Shown here: positions 6,521 to 15,677 of the stretch, piece by piece
Layout: every line of letters begins with the position of its first letter
Numbering within the stretch: position 1 is the stretch's first letter
Source of the DNA: a virus
Strand: one strand, 5' to 3'
Virus record (IMG/VR): IMGVR_UViG_3300031539_000101
Coordinates: 1-42,012 of that record
Length of the DNA: 42,012 nucleotides
Program-made: the position numbers and the translations under genes
The notes under the pieces: generated by a model
Told to the model about the DNA's origin: nothing
The model's database searches: none
The model's input: the letters and a program-made list of their open reading frames with translations, nothing else

Positions 6521-9500
6521 CTAGGCGCTCTTTGTCCCTTCACCCCGGCAACTATGTGTTTGACCGGCACTCCATGTGTAGGCGTTCACTCCACCAAATC
6601 CGTCGCCACTCTTCAACCACACGCCCACTCCAGTCGCATCCGCCTTTATCCTAGAATCAGCAGTATAGACACCAAGGTAGTCTCCTGGCTCCACGTCGAT
6701 AGATACAGCAGTCTCAGTCATTTCGCTTGGTGAAACGCTGGCAATAATAGCAAAGTCCCGTGGAGTGAAGTTCAAACCAGACTTCGAGAACGTGCCAACC
6801 TTCATATTTGTCCCGGTCCATCCGCTACCATATAGCTTAATGGTTATTATTTCTCCACTAATCGTAGCAGGCAATTCTGACATGATGTACGTGTATCCTA
6901 TCTGCGATGCGCCAATTCGATCAATAGCCTCAGATCCCATCCAGAAGTCCCAAGTGCGTCCGACAGATCCAGAAACACCAATGAGCGCCGCGATAGGCTT
7001 AACAAAGTGCCAAGCCCGCGATCCTATCGCACTCACAACTCCAGAGATCATCTTTCCCGCCGTCTTCTCAATCGCCCCGCTCACATTGACTGTAACGGAT
7101 ATAGACTTCTTCACCGTCTTGCCGACTGTAGCTGACACCACGACTGCACCGGCCAACTCAGTGAGGTTTTCGTAGATCGTCCCCGACACCCCAACCACGC
7201 CTTCGATGTGCTTGTGGTAAATCAGGTGCCCGCCAATGATCTTCTGTGCCGTGACCGCAACTTCCATCCCGCCGTCCCAGTCAATGTCCTGTCGCATCAA
7301 CCCATACTCCATCGTCACTTCGTCACGATAGTCTGGGGCCACGACACGATCCCCAAGCAGTAACGCGATATTCCCACGTGCCTTCATCACCACATCACGT
7401 CGCGGATCTTTGTACGATGCCAGCAACGAATCAGCTACCGCCTGAGACTGTGCTTCAGTCTGCCAAAATTCGCTCGTGATCGGTTCGCTCAATGTCTGTC
7501 TACCATTCTGCGCAATGCTGTCCGTATCTTCTGCTTCAACGATACGCCCGCCTTGAACCTCAAGCGGCTTGCCACGAATCGTCACTGTGAGAACGTCTTC
7601 GTCACCCACAGCGGCGTTCGTATAGACCTGAGTTATTCCCCACGCGTAATCCGTTCGTGCCCCTAGTGAGATATTGCCGACGCTTTGTGTGAACACAACT
7701 GGATCAACCACATCGACACACGGGGCTGAATCGAAGAAGTGCGTCTTCGTCACTGAACTAGAACCAGGTACGGTGAACGCCTCAGTGTCCAAGCAGATGT
7801 CTTGCTCAGCAGATGCCACTCGGGGATTGGCCCGCGCCTGGACTGAGTTGATCATCTGCGACCATTCAAGCGGGTGGTTGATGTCGAAGTAGTTGCCTTC
7901 GTAGAACTCAAAGTCGTAAGGCTGCGCAACAGGTGCAACGTAGACCTCTAGCACAATCTTCCCATCGCGGTTGCAGTAGACTTGCCCCAGCGCCGCCGCT
8001 GCGATCCTTCTCAGCGCCTCACGGTGTGACATTCGGTTGAACCACGCATAAGGGATTGTGTAGGCTGCCGTATCCAACACTGCGTCAATGTCCCAGTCGG
8101 CCGAAGTCAGGCCAGCGTCCGCCATTATAATCACGGCGAGATCGTACAGTGTGATATTCTCGTAAACTTGGCTCACCGAGAACTCAGTCTGCTTCAGGCG
8201 ATCCATCATGTCATAACCTGTAACCTCAGCCCATGCCTCACCTTCAGGCGCATTCCAGTCACGGGTGTAGAACGTCCCAAGCGGGAACCAGTGTCGCACG
8301 CCTGAGTGCAAGTCACATCCCAGCCATGCCCTGATCGCTCGGTTGTTGAGCAAGTATCCATACAGACGAGAGTTGAAGTTGCCAGCATTGAACAGGTCGT
8401 CGATGTTATTCAACCTGACAGTGAGCACGTTGGATGAGATGTTACCCTGCGGAATCGTTGGCTGTGAGAACTCCCTCTCTTCCAGCACCCGGATTGAGAA
8501 TAGGTCGCCGTCTTGATAAGTCTCTTCCAGCATCGTGAAGAATTGAGCTATCTTGGCTACGGAATCCGGCCTGCTCCACCTGGCAATCGTCAGCGTCTGC
8601 TTCACAATGTCATCATGCGGATCAATAGCCAGCGACCATGTAACAGTGCTCCCAGTATTGACCGCCTCAGTGTGAACAAGGACATCCCCCGCCGTGTAGA
8701 GCCGCACGACGAACCATGTCGGATATTCGTCCAGCTTGTCATCTCCAACTACTAGCAAACTCTCAACCGTTCGCGCGGCATGAGTGATCGTGAGAACGGG
8801 AGGCGCTAGAAATACGCCCGCACCGCTGCAGAGCGTCGCGCTCCACCATCCGACGCTATATTCCTGATTCGACGGTAGGAGATGGAAGGTCCCGTCTAGC
8901 AGGTTACGGTGAAGCGAGAACCACTTATAAGCCTCTTCCGTCACGTTGTCCGTAGTCTGGGCGGGATAGGTGAATCTGCCCGTCTCAGAAGCTTCGGCCA
9001 CAATCCCGGCAGAGAAGAAAGGATCGGTGTAAGTGATTTGCACCTTGCCGAGAATCTGCCGAATCGTCTTGTTCATCTCGTAAGCCATGTCCCAGACTTG
9101 TCTCGGCACCTTCGCACTCACGGCCACGGTTGCGAGGATAGCTTTCTTGATGACTCTGCCAACAGTGGCGGTAACCAGCACCCCACCCTCGGCTAGTTTG
9201 CCCGCTACTCGGACGACCGTTGCCGAGACATTAACCACAGTCGCAAGAGCTTTCGAGATGGCCCTGCCGATTGTCCCTGAGACGTTCACCGTCGCGTCGA
9301 TAGTCTTCCAGATGCGCCGATTCGGGATCGAACCTTCTACGTTGACTGCGCCTAAGATTCCTTTCCTGATCTTGCGAATGATTGATCCTGAGACAGAAAT
9401 AACACCGGCAATAGTCTTGAAGCGTTTCCGTCCCGAGACATCTCCTGAGACAGCAACGATACCAGCAAGCGCCTTGAAGCGTCTCCGCCCCGAGACATCG

Positions 9501-9706
9501 CCTGAGACATTGACCACGCCAGCAATGCCCTTGCTAACCTTGCGGCCAACTGATACCGACGCATTGACGGTTGCCGAGATACCCTTGCCAGTCTTACGCG
9601 CAACCGACCCAGCAGCAGATACGACGGCAGAGAGGGCCTTCAAGAAGAAGCCCCCACCTGTTGTCGCTCCATACATCGCCGCGCCGTATAGGTTGCGTCC
9701 GTACAT
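6521..9706 (-). CDS. Large tail-tip protein (Tal-like / tail-associated structural protein) with flanking tandem repeats
   Basis: 1061 aa, the largest ORF, located downstream of the tape measure. The central part (..RAWLGCDLHSGVRHWFPLGTFYTRDWNAPEGEAWAEVTGYDMMDRLK..) resembles siphovirus tail-tip N-domains as I recall them. 19-aa repeats lie on both sides of this core. Confidence 0.65.
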   Translation of the reverse strand: MYGRNLYGAAMYGATTGGGFFLKALSAVVSAAGSVARKTGKGISATVNASVSVGRKVSKGIAGVVNVSGDVSGRRRFKALAGIVAVSGDVSGRKRFKTIAGVISVSGSIIRKIRKGILGAVNVEGSIPNRRIWKTIDATVNVSGTIGRAISKALATVVNVSATVVRVAGKLAEGGVLVTATVGRVIKKAILATVAVSAKVPRQVWDMAYEMNKTIRQILGKVQITYTDPFFSAGIVAEASETGRFTYPAQTTDNVTEEAYKWFSLHRNLLDGTFHLLPSNQEYSVGWWSATLCSGAGVFLAPPVLTITHAARTVESLLVVGDDKLDEYPTWFVVRLYTAGDVLVHTEAVNTGSTVTWSLAIDPHDDIVKQTLTIARWSRPDSVAKIAQFFTMLEETYQDGDLFSIRVLEEREFSQPTIPQGNISSNVLTVRLNNIDDLFNAGNFNSRLYGYLLNNRAIRAWLGCDLHSGVRHWFPLGTFYTRDWNAPEGEAWAEVTGYDMMDRLKQTEFSVSQVYENITLYDLAVIIMADAGLTSADWDIDAVLDTAAYTIPYAWFNRMSHREALRRIAAAALGQVYCNRDGKIVLEVYVAPVAQPYDFEFYEGNYFDINHPLEWSQMINSVQARANPRVASAEQDICLDTEAFTVPGSSSVTKTHFFDSAPCVDVVDPVVFTQSVGNISLGARTDYAWGITQVYTNAAVGDEDVLTVTIRGKPLEVQGGRIVEAEDTDSIAQNGRQTLSEPITSEFWQTEAQSQAVADSLLASYKDPRRDVVMKARGNIALLLGDRVVAPDYRDEVTMEYGLMRQDIDWDGGMEVAVTAQKIIGGHLIYHKHIEGVVGVSGTIYENLTELAGAVVVSATVGKTVKKSISVTVNVSGAIEKTAGKMISGVVSAIGSRAWHFVKPIAALIGVSGSVGRTWDFWMGSEAIDRIGASQIGYTYIMSELPATISGEIITIKLYGSGWTGTNMKVGTFSKSGLNFTPRDFAIIASVSPSEMTETAVSIDVEPGDYLGVYTADSRIKADATGVGVWLKSGDGFGGVNAYTWSAGQTHSCRGEGTKSA
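6950..7201 (-). repeat. C-proximal block of about 4.5 degenerate 19-aa coding repeats in the Tal-like protein
   Basis: GVVGVSGTIYENLTELAGA / VVVSATVGKTVKKSISVTV / NVSGAIEKTAGKMISGVVS / AIGSRAWHFVKPIAALIGV / SGSVGRTW. Confidence 0.7.
9098..9637 (-). repeat. N-terminal block of about 9.5 tandem 19-aa (57-bp) coding repeats in the Tal-like protein
   Basis: Units of the form xVNVSGxVxRKxxKxIxG, e.g. VNVSGDVSGRRRFKALAGI / VAVSGDVSGRKRFKTIAGV / ISVSGSIIRKIRKGILGAV. The two units within 9401..9514 are also clearly similar at the DNA level. Confidence 0.85.
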
Positions 9707-9738
9707 CTACACCTCTTGGAATGGTATTCGGATCTTCA

Positions 9739-10926
9739 TCATGTTGTTACCACCGTCCCATCTGTCTTAATCAGGATTGATCCCCGGTCTGCAGTCAGTG
9801 CTGCTGGGTCGGTAAGTATAAATCCTCCGTGACTTGTTTCCGTCGCGTAAACTCCACCCTTTACACAAGAGCCGATGTTTGAGTACACCACTGAATAGAA
9901 TCTCCCTTTTGCTTTTGCAATAGTAATTGGTGCTACAATCGCCTCACTAGCCGCGTCTACCGTCAGGGTGTTCCCAGACGCTGCGCCAATTAGATTCAAC
10001 AGACATCCGTTATACGCAGCAATCATATAGTATGGAGGAGACGCAGCCCCCGCTGTTAGCACTATCACCGAGGCTCCGTTCAGAGTTTTATATATCATCT
10101 CAAATGGCCCGTTGCCTATTATCCCTGATGAGCACCCAGCCCCTATGGATATATCGAACCCGTTTAGATCAATCTCAAATTTGCCGCCCGCTGAAATCAA
10201 CCCAGAGAATGTTACGTCCGCAGTGAGCGTAATATCCCCAGTCAATTGTACGGTTGGGCTTACTATTAAGATCAATCCTTTTAATGCTGCAGCGGCTGCT
10301 GCAAGTGTCGCAAAGTCCTCTCCACCAACTGTGCCTACAGTGTACGTATGCACTGTATCGAATATCTCCCAGCCTTCATAGGTACGATTAGCCCAACTCG
10401 CGTCACCGGCCTGCCCGAGCGGCGGATTGCCATAGGCTAGATTCGCGAGTGGGATGGCTTTCTTGGTCCCAGCCGCATTTTCCGAAAGAATCTCGTGCGT
10501 TCCAATCGGCGCGGTGTCTTGGTCGATTGCCAGGATCTCGCCAGCTACGTCATCGTGAATCGCCGCCGCAACCCGCGCGAACAAGTGTGCAATCTCATCA
10601 GCCGCACTGACCAACTCGACGTAAGAGCCAATCGGCCATTCGTAAGCCTCGTCCCCAACTGTCACGTTCTTAGCCAGCGCGTAGTCCGTCGCCCCGCCGC
10701 CCATCGTCAGCGTGTTCGTTGCCCGCGAGGTGTAGATGATAAGACACCACTTCGTCGCAACGGTAAACGCAAACGTATCCCTGATCCATATCACATGGCC
10801 CAATGGTGTCGGGCTCGGAAACAACGACCCATCGACCAATACGACGGTCGTATCCGTCCCTCGTGTGTAGCTTGCAGCCAACGTACTTTGTATCTGATTC
10901 GCACTAGGCGCAGCAATAGTCGTCAT
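9739..10926 (-). CDS. Tail fibre/tailspike-like structural protein (possible beta-helix)
   Basis: 395 aa. It lies between the tape-measure-proximal genes and the Tal-like gene. The C-terminal half is Gly/Ala/Ile/Thr-rich with short repetitive strands (GGKFEIDLNGFDISIGAGCSSGIIGNG). Confidence 0.45.
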   Translation of the reverse strand: MTTIAAPSANQIQSTLAASYTRGTDTTVVLVDGSLFPSPTPLGHVIWIRDTFAFTVATKWCLIIYTSRATNTLTMGGGATDYALAKNVTVGDEAYEWPIGSYVELVSAADEIAHLFARVAAAIHDDVAGEILAIDQDTAPIGTHEILSENAAGTKKAIPLANLAYGNPPLGQAGDASWANRTYEGWEIFDTVHTYTVGTVGGEDFATLAAAAAALKGLILIVSPTVQLTGDITLTADVTFSGLISAGGKFEIDLNGFDISIGAGCSSGIIGNGPFEMIYKTLNGASVIVLTAGAASPPYYMIAAYNGCLLNLIGAASGNTLTVDAASEAIVAPITIAKAKGRFYSVVYSNIGSCVKGGVYATETSHGGFILTDPAALTADRGSILIKTDGTVVTT

Positions 10927-10977
10927 ACCTCACCTCCCACAAGGGCGCAGTACCATCCCCCGCGCCCCACCCCTTGA

Positions 10978-11373
10978 CTATGCCGGCGCAAACTTGGTGT
11001 CGATTGTGAACTCAATCGAGTTGCCTGTCTCCAAGTTGATCGCGGAAAACGTCGCACGTAGGAACATCAGCCCGACCGTGAGATTCGTCCACGTGCCCAC
11101 CTCAGTGACCGCATGGGCGTCTGACAACGACGTGATAATTCCCACCGTTCGATAGATGTCCGTCTCTACACCGGCGTCTCCAGACGCAACCAGCGACGGC
11201 GTGCCTTCCGTTCTCGCCTCTGCCGATGGCGTTACAAGGTCCACTTGTGCTCTTGCTGGCGCTGTTGTACCAATCCCCCACTCAATCCACTTCGGGGACG
11301 TTGCCCCCAGTCCATTCACCGCCGCCGCTACATGCTCCAAACCCAAATCAACTACCACCACTAAATCAGCCAT
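10978..11373 (-). CDS. Hypothetical tail-module protein
   Basis: 131 aa; AAGGAGA SD; located in the tail-tip block. Confidence 0.6.
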   Translation of the reverse strand: MADLVVVVDLGLEHVAAAVNGLGATSPKWIEWGIGTTAPARAQVDLVTPSAEARTEGTPSLVASGDAGVETDIYRTVGIITSLSDAHAVTEVGTWTNLTVGLMFLRATFSAINLETGNSIEFTIDTKFAPA

Positions 11374-11587
11374 TGTTTCTCATCTCCTTTCGTTTCTTGT
11401 CACTTCGATCCTTGAGCATCTTCAACTTCTTGTCCGTGTCCTTCCGCTCTGCTTCCGTTCGCGGCCCTACAATCGTGCCAAGGTCTGCCAGTAATTCACC
11501 TGTGCCATCCGGCCCAGAGAACACCCGCGCCCTAATCACCGTAGTCGCGCCCGACTTCGCTGCAACATTCCCCGCTTGCTTGGTCAT
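11366..11587 (-). CDS. Hypothetical small protein with a Lys/Arg-rich C-terminus
   Basis: 73 aa; GAGGAGG SD; its start overlaps the upstream stop. Confidence 0.6.
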   Translation of the reverse strand: MTKQAGNVAAKSGATTVIRARVFSGPDGTGELLADLGTIVGPRTEAERKDTDKKLKMLKDRSDKKRKEMRNNG

Positions 11588-11952
11588 CAGACCTCCTCTA
11601 ACGTAAACGACGCGCCCTTATGCAACCACTGATCCATCGCTAGTAGCCGCGTGCGCTTAATCGGATCAAACTTCACTCTGTACGTGTTAGTACTTCCGCC
11701 TTCTCGCTCAACTATCAGGCTCAATATCACCCCTCGGTTGTACTCAGTCATCAGCAGATCCAAGGTCGTTTGATTCATCACAGAGTAGGTCAGCTTGAAT
11801 TGCTTCTTCGTAGCAATCTTGTCAATCACGAGATCGCCATTCGCTACCCGGCCTCTTCTGCTGATCTCGAATTCAGTTTCGGATAGCTCACTCCACCCCG
11901 TCTCAAACAATGTCTCAGAGCCAGCCAACCCTAGCCACAGCCGCCCTTTCAT
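11587..11952 (-). CDS. Minor tail protein directly after the tape measure (minimal Dit/gpM-like candidate)
   Basis: 121 aa; ATGA overlap with the TMP stop. Its position matches distal-tail or lambda M-type proteins. No motif was recognised. Confidence 0.4.
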   Translation of the reverse strand: MKGRLWLGLAGSETLFETGWSELSETEFEISRRGRVANGDLVIDKIATKKQFKLTYSVMNQTTLDLLMTEYNRGVILSLIVEREGGSTNTYRVKFDPIKRTRLLAMDQWLHKGASFTLEEV

Positions 11953-14900
11953 CTAGTACCCCCTCTGCGTTCAGACTCTCTCTGTAGTGGATCGTAGAGC
12001 GCTTGTGCTAATCTTGTTCTATCGTCAAGTTGGACGATGATCGTGAGTGGTTGCCCTCCCCCGCCTGCATCGGCTACGCCAGCAGCAACAGCCTGCCCCA
12101 TCCGTTCGTAGTCCAGCACCTCGGCAAAGCCCGCCGCGCCGATAGGCTCGCCGCCATGGACAACTGCCAACTGAGGCGCGCCGATTGGGCCAGGGACGAC
12201 ACCCCCGCCACCGTAGGCTGGCACGCGGACCGATCCTCTATCTGCTCCACTGCCCAAACCAAACGCCCCGAAGAGCCTCTCTAACCATGAGTTCGCATCG
12301 GCAACCCAATCAGCAACCATACTGGAAGTCCCAATCGCAATCGGTATAGCAGCCAGCGCCAGAGGACTAAGGCTCAATCCAGTTCCAACAGTCGCCAGGG
12401 CTGTGTTTGTCGCAGTGGCCGCAGCCTCGGCCTCAAACGCCATATTCCATAGCCAGTCAATCGTCTTGTCAATTGCTTTGTCTAACCCCGCTTGAATGAT
12501 GGAATTGGCCATGCTCTCGAAGCCTGTCTTGATGACCTCTCCCATCTTCGGGATGTTCTCTTCGTATGCAGCGAGTTCGTCATCACTGGCCTTAATTCTG
12601 TCCGCCGTGTTATCCTCAGTTGCACGTGTCAGTGAGATGTCAAGATCTTCGAGCTTCTGCTTGTGCGTCTTCTCTGCTGCCTCGATCTTTTCTTGCTTGG
12701 CAGCGTCAAGCGCGGCTTTCTTCTCGTAGGTGTTCGCCTCGCCTGCTTCTACTTGTTCCTGATACCACTCTGCAATGTCTTCCAGCGTTCGATTGTGGTC
12801 GCGTTGCGCATCTTCCCTGCGCCGCTGATCGCTCAGGTTGATGTCCGCAAGCCTATCAGCAGCGCCCTCGATGATGTCTTGCATCTTCTGCTGATGGTCT
12901 TCCTCGGCATCCTGGGCCTTGCGGTAGAAGGTTCCGAGTTCCCATAGCGTGTCGGCTAAGTTGCCAGAGACAATGTCGCGCACTTGTTGCCCAAATTGTT
13001 CCACCTCTGCGGCCAGCCTTTCTGCCTCTCTCCGTGCTTCTTGTGCCCTAGTTGCGTTGTCTGCTATTAGTTGCCTAGACGCTATGCTCGCTGCGCTGGA
13101 GACCGCACCAATAGCTTCTCGTTCATCTTCGAGAGCCTCTGCAATTATTCCAGCACCGCGCACAACCGCCGTACTTGCCTCTTCCGAGGCTGTTTTTATA
13201 TCATCGGCCATTACGTCAACGGCGATGCTAGTTTCCTGCGCGCTTCCAACAGCGACACCCGTCATCTCTGACCACATGCCGGCGCTCCTGCCTAGAATGC
13301 TCGCAAGTATCGCCGCTATCTCCCCGTCCAAGAGTCCATATTCATCGAGGATTCCAGTCACCATCGCCGAGAAATTGTCGAGAACGATATCGAAGCGCAT
13401 CCCGGCTTCAAGATCCTGGATGGCTTGTTCCTGGTATCCGACAATCGTTTGATAGATCTTGCCTATCTCCGTAGCGTCCCTGCCAGATTCATCCAGGAAG
13501 TCTTGGAGTGCGCCGCCCGCTGTAATCAACGTGCGGACAAGGGATTCGGTTACTGCTTCAGTTGCTCTTACAGTCCCTTCTTCTTTAAGACTAAGATCCC
13601 TGAACGCTTGTGCTAGATTTTGTACCGCATCATATGCGCCAGCCACACCGCCAGTAGACTCGAAATATGCGAGAGCTGAAACGATTGCTGTAAGCGCAGC
13701 GGCAGCAGGATGGGCTGCTATCAATAGCGCGGTGAACCCGACAGCCATCGTAATCAGTGCGGCCTTGACTATTCCGGCATTGTCCGACAGCCACTTCATG
13801 CCAGATATGAGACCGTCGAAGATTGCCTTGACGCTGTCGCCAATCGCCTCTCGGTTGTCTTGCAACCAGCCAAGCAGATCCTTCAAGTTCTCGGTGAGGT
13901 CTTTACCAATGTCTAGCTGGAGCAACTTCCACCATACGGCAAGCCTATCTAACTGGTACTTGATTCCGGCCGCCATCTCTTCGTAAGCGGTATCAACAGC
14001 GTCAGTAACATTCGCGTATTCGATCATCAATAGCCGCAGGCTGTCCAACTTTATGCCACTAAGGTTCAGTAACGCCTGCTGTGCCTCAAGATTGGCAGTC
14101 AGTTCAGCAACTGAGATCCCTGCGTCGTTCGCCGCGCCTTCTAGAATCGCAACCATATCGGCAGCGTCCCCGCCTGTTGCGATGAATTCAGGGAACGTCA
14201 TACCTGATGCTTCCTGGAATACCCTGTTGAGTTCCTTGCCCTCAAATGCTACCTCATTGATGAGGGATCGAATCTGTGTCATCGCTACGCGCATCGGAAC
14301 ACCGGACAGTGTTACTTGTGCTGCCATCGCGGCAATGTTGCTGAATTCTATTCCAACAGCAGCGGCAATAGGCACCGCTTGGAATAGACGCTCGGACAAC
14401 TCCTCGAAGTTCGTTGCTCCTTTCCTGACAGTCGTGAACATGATGTCCGCGACTTCCTGCACCGAGATCACTTCGGAGCCATAGGCGTTCGTGACGTTCG
14501 TAAGGGCTGTTACAGCTACCTCTAAGGTGGTCACGCCGCCGATAGCAGCCTTGCCAGCAATCTCCATGAACTCGAAGACGTTCTCTCTCGGTACGCCTCG
14601 GCTGATGGCTTGATACAATGCTGGGATTATCTCTTCGGGAACTACTGCGATAGTCTCAGCTAGCTCCATAACATCAGCCATCATCTCTTCTTTGGCTTCA
14701 GATGATAGCTCAGGCATCAAGGTAAATACTTCCCTCATGCCCGTGTCGAATGCTACAAACGACTTGACGGAGGAAACAGCAAAGGCGGTGACAGCGGCGG
14801 CGGCAGCAAGTGCGGCCATCTTTGCCACTCTCGTGACAGCAGCGCCCATCTTCGCAACGCTCTTGTCAAACGCGGATACCTTGCCGGTAGCCGTGTCCAT

Positions 14901-14969
14901 CTTGTTTTCGAAGTCTTTGATGTCGCCCAATAGCGCAACAGCCATTGAGCCTACTTGCCCTAGTGCCAT
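11949..14969 (-). CDS. Tail tape measure protein
   Basis: 1006 aa. Ala/Glu/Leu-rich helical sequence with hydrophobic segments. It follows the G/GT chaperone genes directly; GGAGGTGA SD. Confidence 0.9.
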   Translation of the reverse strand: MALGQVGSMAVALLGDIKDFENKMDTATGKVSAFDKSVAKMGAAVTRVAKMAALAAAAAVTAFAVSSVKSFVAFDTGMREVFTLMPELSSEAKEEMMADVMELAETIAVVPEEIIPALYQAISRGVPRENVFEFMEIAGKAAIGGVTTLEVAVTALTNVTNAYGSEVISVQEVADIMFTTVRKGATNFEELSERLFQAVPIAAAVGIEFSNIAAMAAQVTLSGVPMRVAMTQIRSLINEVAFEGKELNRVFQEASGMTFPEFIATGGDAADMVAILEGAANDAGISVAELTANLEAQQALLNLSGIKLDSLRLLMIEYANVTDAVDTAYEEMAAGIKYQLDRLAVWWKLLQLDIGKDLTENLKDLLGWLQDNREAIGDSVKAIFDGLISGMKWLSDNAGIVKAALITMAVGFTALLIAAHPAAAALTAIVSALAYFESTGGVAGAYDAVQNLAQAFRDLSLKEEGTVRATEAVTESLVRTLITAGGALQDFLDESGRDATEIGKIYQTIVGYQEQAIQDLEAGMRFDIVLDNFSAMVTGILDEYGLLDGEIAAILASILGRSAGMWSEMTGVAVGSAQETSIAVDVMADDIKTASEEASTAVVRGAGIIAEALEDEREAIGAVSSAASIASRQLIADNATRAQEARREAERLAAEVEQFGQQVRDIVSGNLADTLWELGTFYRKAQDAEEDHQQKMQDIIEGAADRLADINLSDQRRREDAQRDHNRTLEDIAEWYQEQVEAGEANTYEKKAALDAAKQEKIEAAEKTHKQKLEDLDISLTRATEDNTADRIKASDDELAAYEENIPKMGEVIKTGFESMANSIIQAGLDKAIDKTIDWLWNMAFEAEAAATATNTALATVGTGLSLSPLALAAIPIAIGTSSMVADWVADANSWLERLFGAFGLGSGADRGSVRVPAYGGGGVVPGPIGAPQLAVVHGGEPIGAAGFAEVLDYERMGQAVAAGVADAGGGGQPLTIIVQLDDRTRLAQALYDPLQRESERRGGTR

Positions 14970-14972
14970 TCA

Positions 14973-15631
14973 TCACCTCCCGATGGTCTTCCCACTCCCG
15001 TATGCCGCACGGATAGCTGCCTTGTCTGGCGAGTTCCCGCCTGGCGTAGTCCCGGCTTCAGGGTCGATCCCGCGCAATCTGTTCTGCAACGCCCAAGCCT
15101 GCGTCCACCACCACACGAGTTGTTCTACATTCATCGTCCATAGAACAACTCGTGGCTCCCAGTGCATCAGGCCCGTTGTCTCCCCGACGAGTCTCCCCAG
15201 CCTTATGTAGTCTCGTCGGACTTTGGGTTTCCCTCTTCACTGGCTGGTTTATCGTCCAGCGCATCAAGCAACTCTTCTGCCTTGTCATTCACCGGCTGAA
15301 GTACGAACTTCATAAAGGCGGTGAACTTCGCGTAACTCAACTTGCTCTTGAGGAATTCGACGGTGAATTTCGGATTGCTCACAATGCAAACATCCGACAC
15401 CATCTGCCACATCTGTTCGAGTTCTCCCATCGGGTCTTGTTCGATCTCCGCTTCCAGGTCTGCCTTCGTTCCAAATGCCTTGTATCGATCATGAAGTGCG
15501 GCCATTCTCAGCGTGACTCCAACGGGGATCATAGAGACATCTACTTCCTCTCCACCAACAATCGCTACCCTTGGCACGATTACCAGTGCATCGAAATCGT
15601 AGACGCCTCGCTCGTTCTTCTGTACTCTCAT
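14973..15631 (-). CDS. Tail assembly chaperone G-T fusion made by -1 ribosomal frameshift
   Basis: The zero frame reads G_GGA_AAC at 15227..15233. After a -1 slip the frame reads GKPKVRRDYIRLGRLVGETTGLMHWEPRVV... with no stop until 14973. This is the 14973..15167 track ORF extended upstream. Confidence 0.75.
15203..15631 (-). CDS. Tail assembly chaperone (gpG-like)
   Basis: 142 aa with an acidic C-terminus. It lies between the major tail protein and the TMP. AGGAGG SD. It contains the slippery heptamer 24 nt before its stop. Confidence 0.8.
   Translation of the reverse strand: MRVQKNERGVYDFDALVIVPRVAIVGGEEVDVSMIPVGVTLRMAALHDRYKAFGTKADLEAEIEQDPMGELEQMWQMVSDVCIVSNPKFTVEFLKSKLSYAKFTAFMKFVLQPVNDKAEELLDALDDKPASEEGNPKSDETT
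15227..15233 (-). promoter_or_regulatory. -1 programmed frameshift slippery heptamer GGGAAAC
   Basis: Plus strand gtttccc equals minus strand G GGA AAC in the gpG frame (X XXY YYZ). Confidence 0.75.
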
Positions 15632-15646
15632 TGTGCCTCCTACTCT

Positions 15647-15668
15647 GGGGCGAGGTTTCCCCCGCCCC
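15647..15668 (-). promoter_or_regulatory. GC-rich stem-loop after the major tail gene
   Basis: GGGGCG-10 nt-CGCCCC in the 46-nt gap between 15678 and 15631. No U-tract follows, so it is more likely an mRNA-stability or attenuation hairpin than a full terminator. Confidence 0.35.
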
Positions 15669-15677
15669 GGCTATTTG

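Noticed and set aside
9098-9637. 57-bp periodic repeats that could be mistaken for a CRISPR array or a DGR variable region
   Set aside because: The repeats are contiguous with no spacers, are in frame, and encode a degenerate 19-aa protein repeat inside a 1061-aa ORF. There is no reverse transcriptase and no template/variable repeat pair with adenine-specific differences anywhere in the window.
15058-15288. ORF overlapping the gpG 3' end as the frameshift (T) extension
   Set aside because: It is in the +1 frame relative to gpG and has no slippery site. The -1 frame (14973..15167 extended upstream) connects exactly at GGGAAAC and is the T frame.
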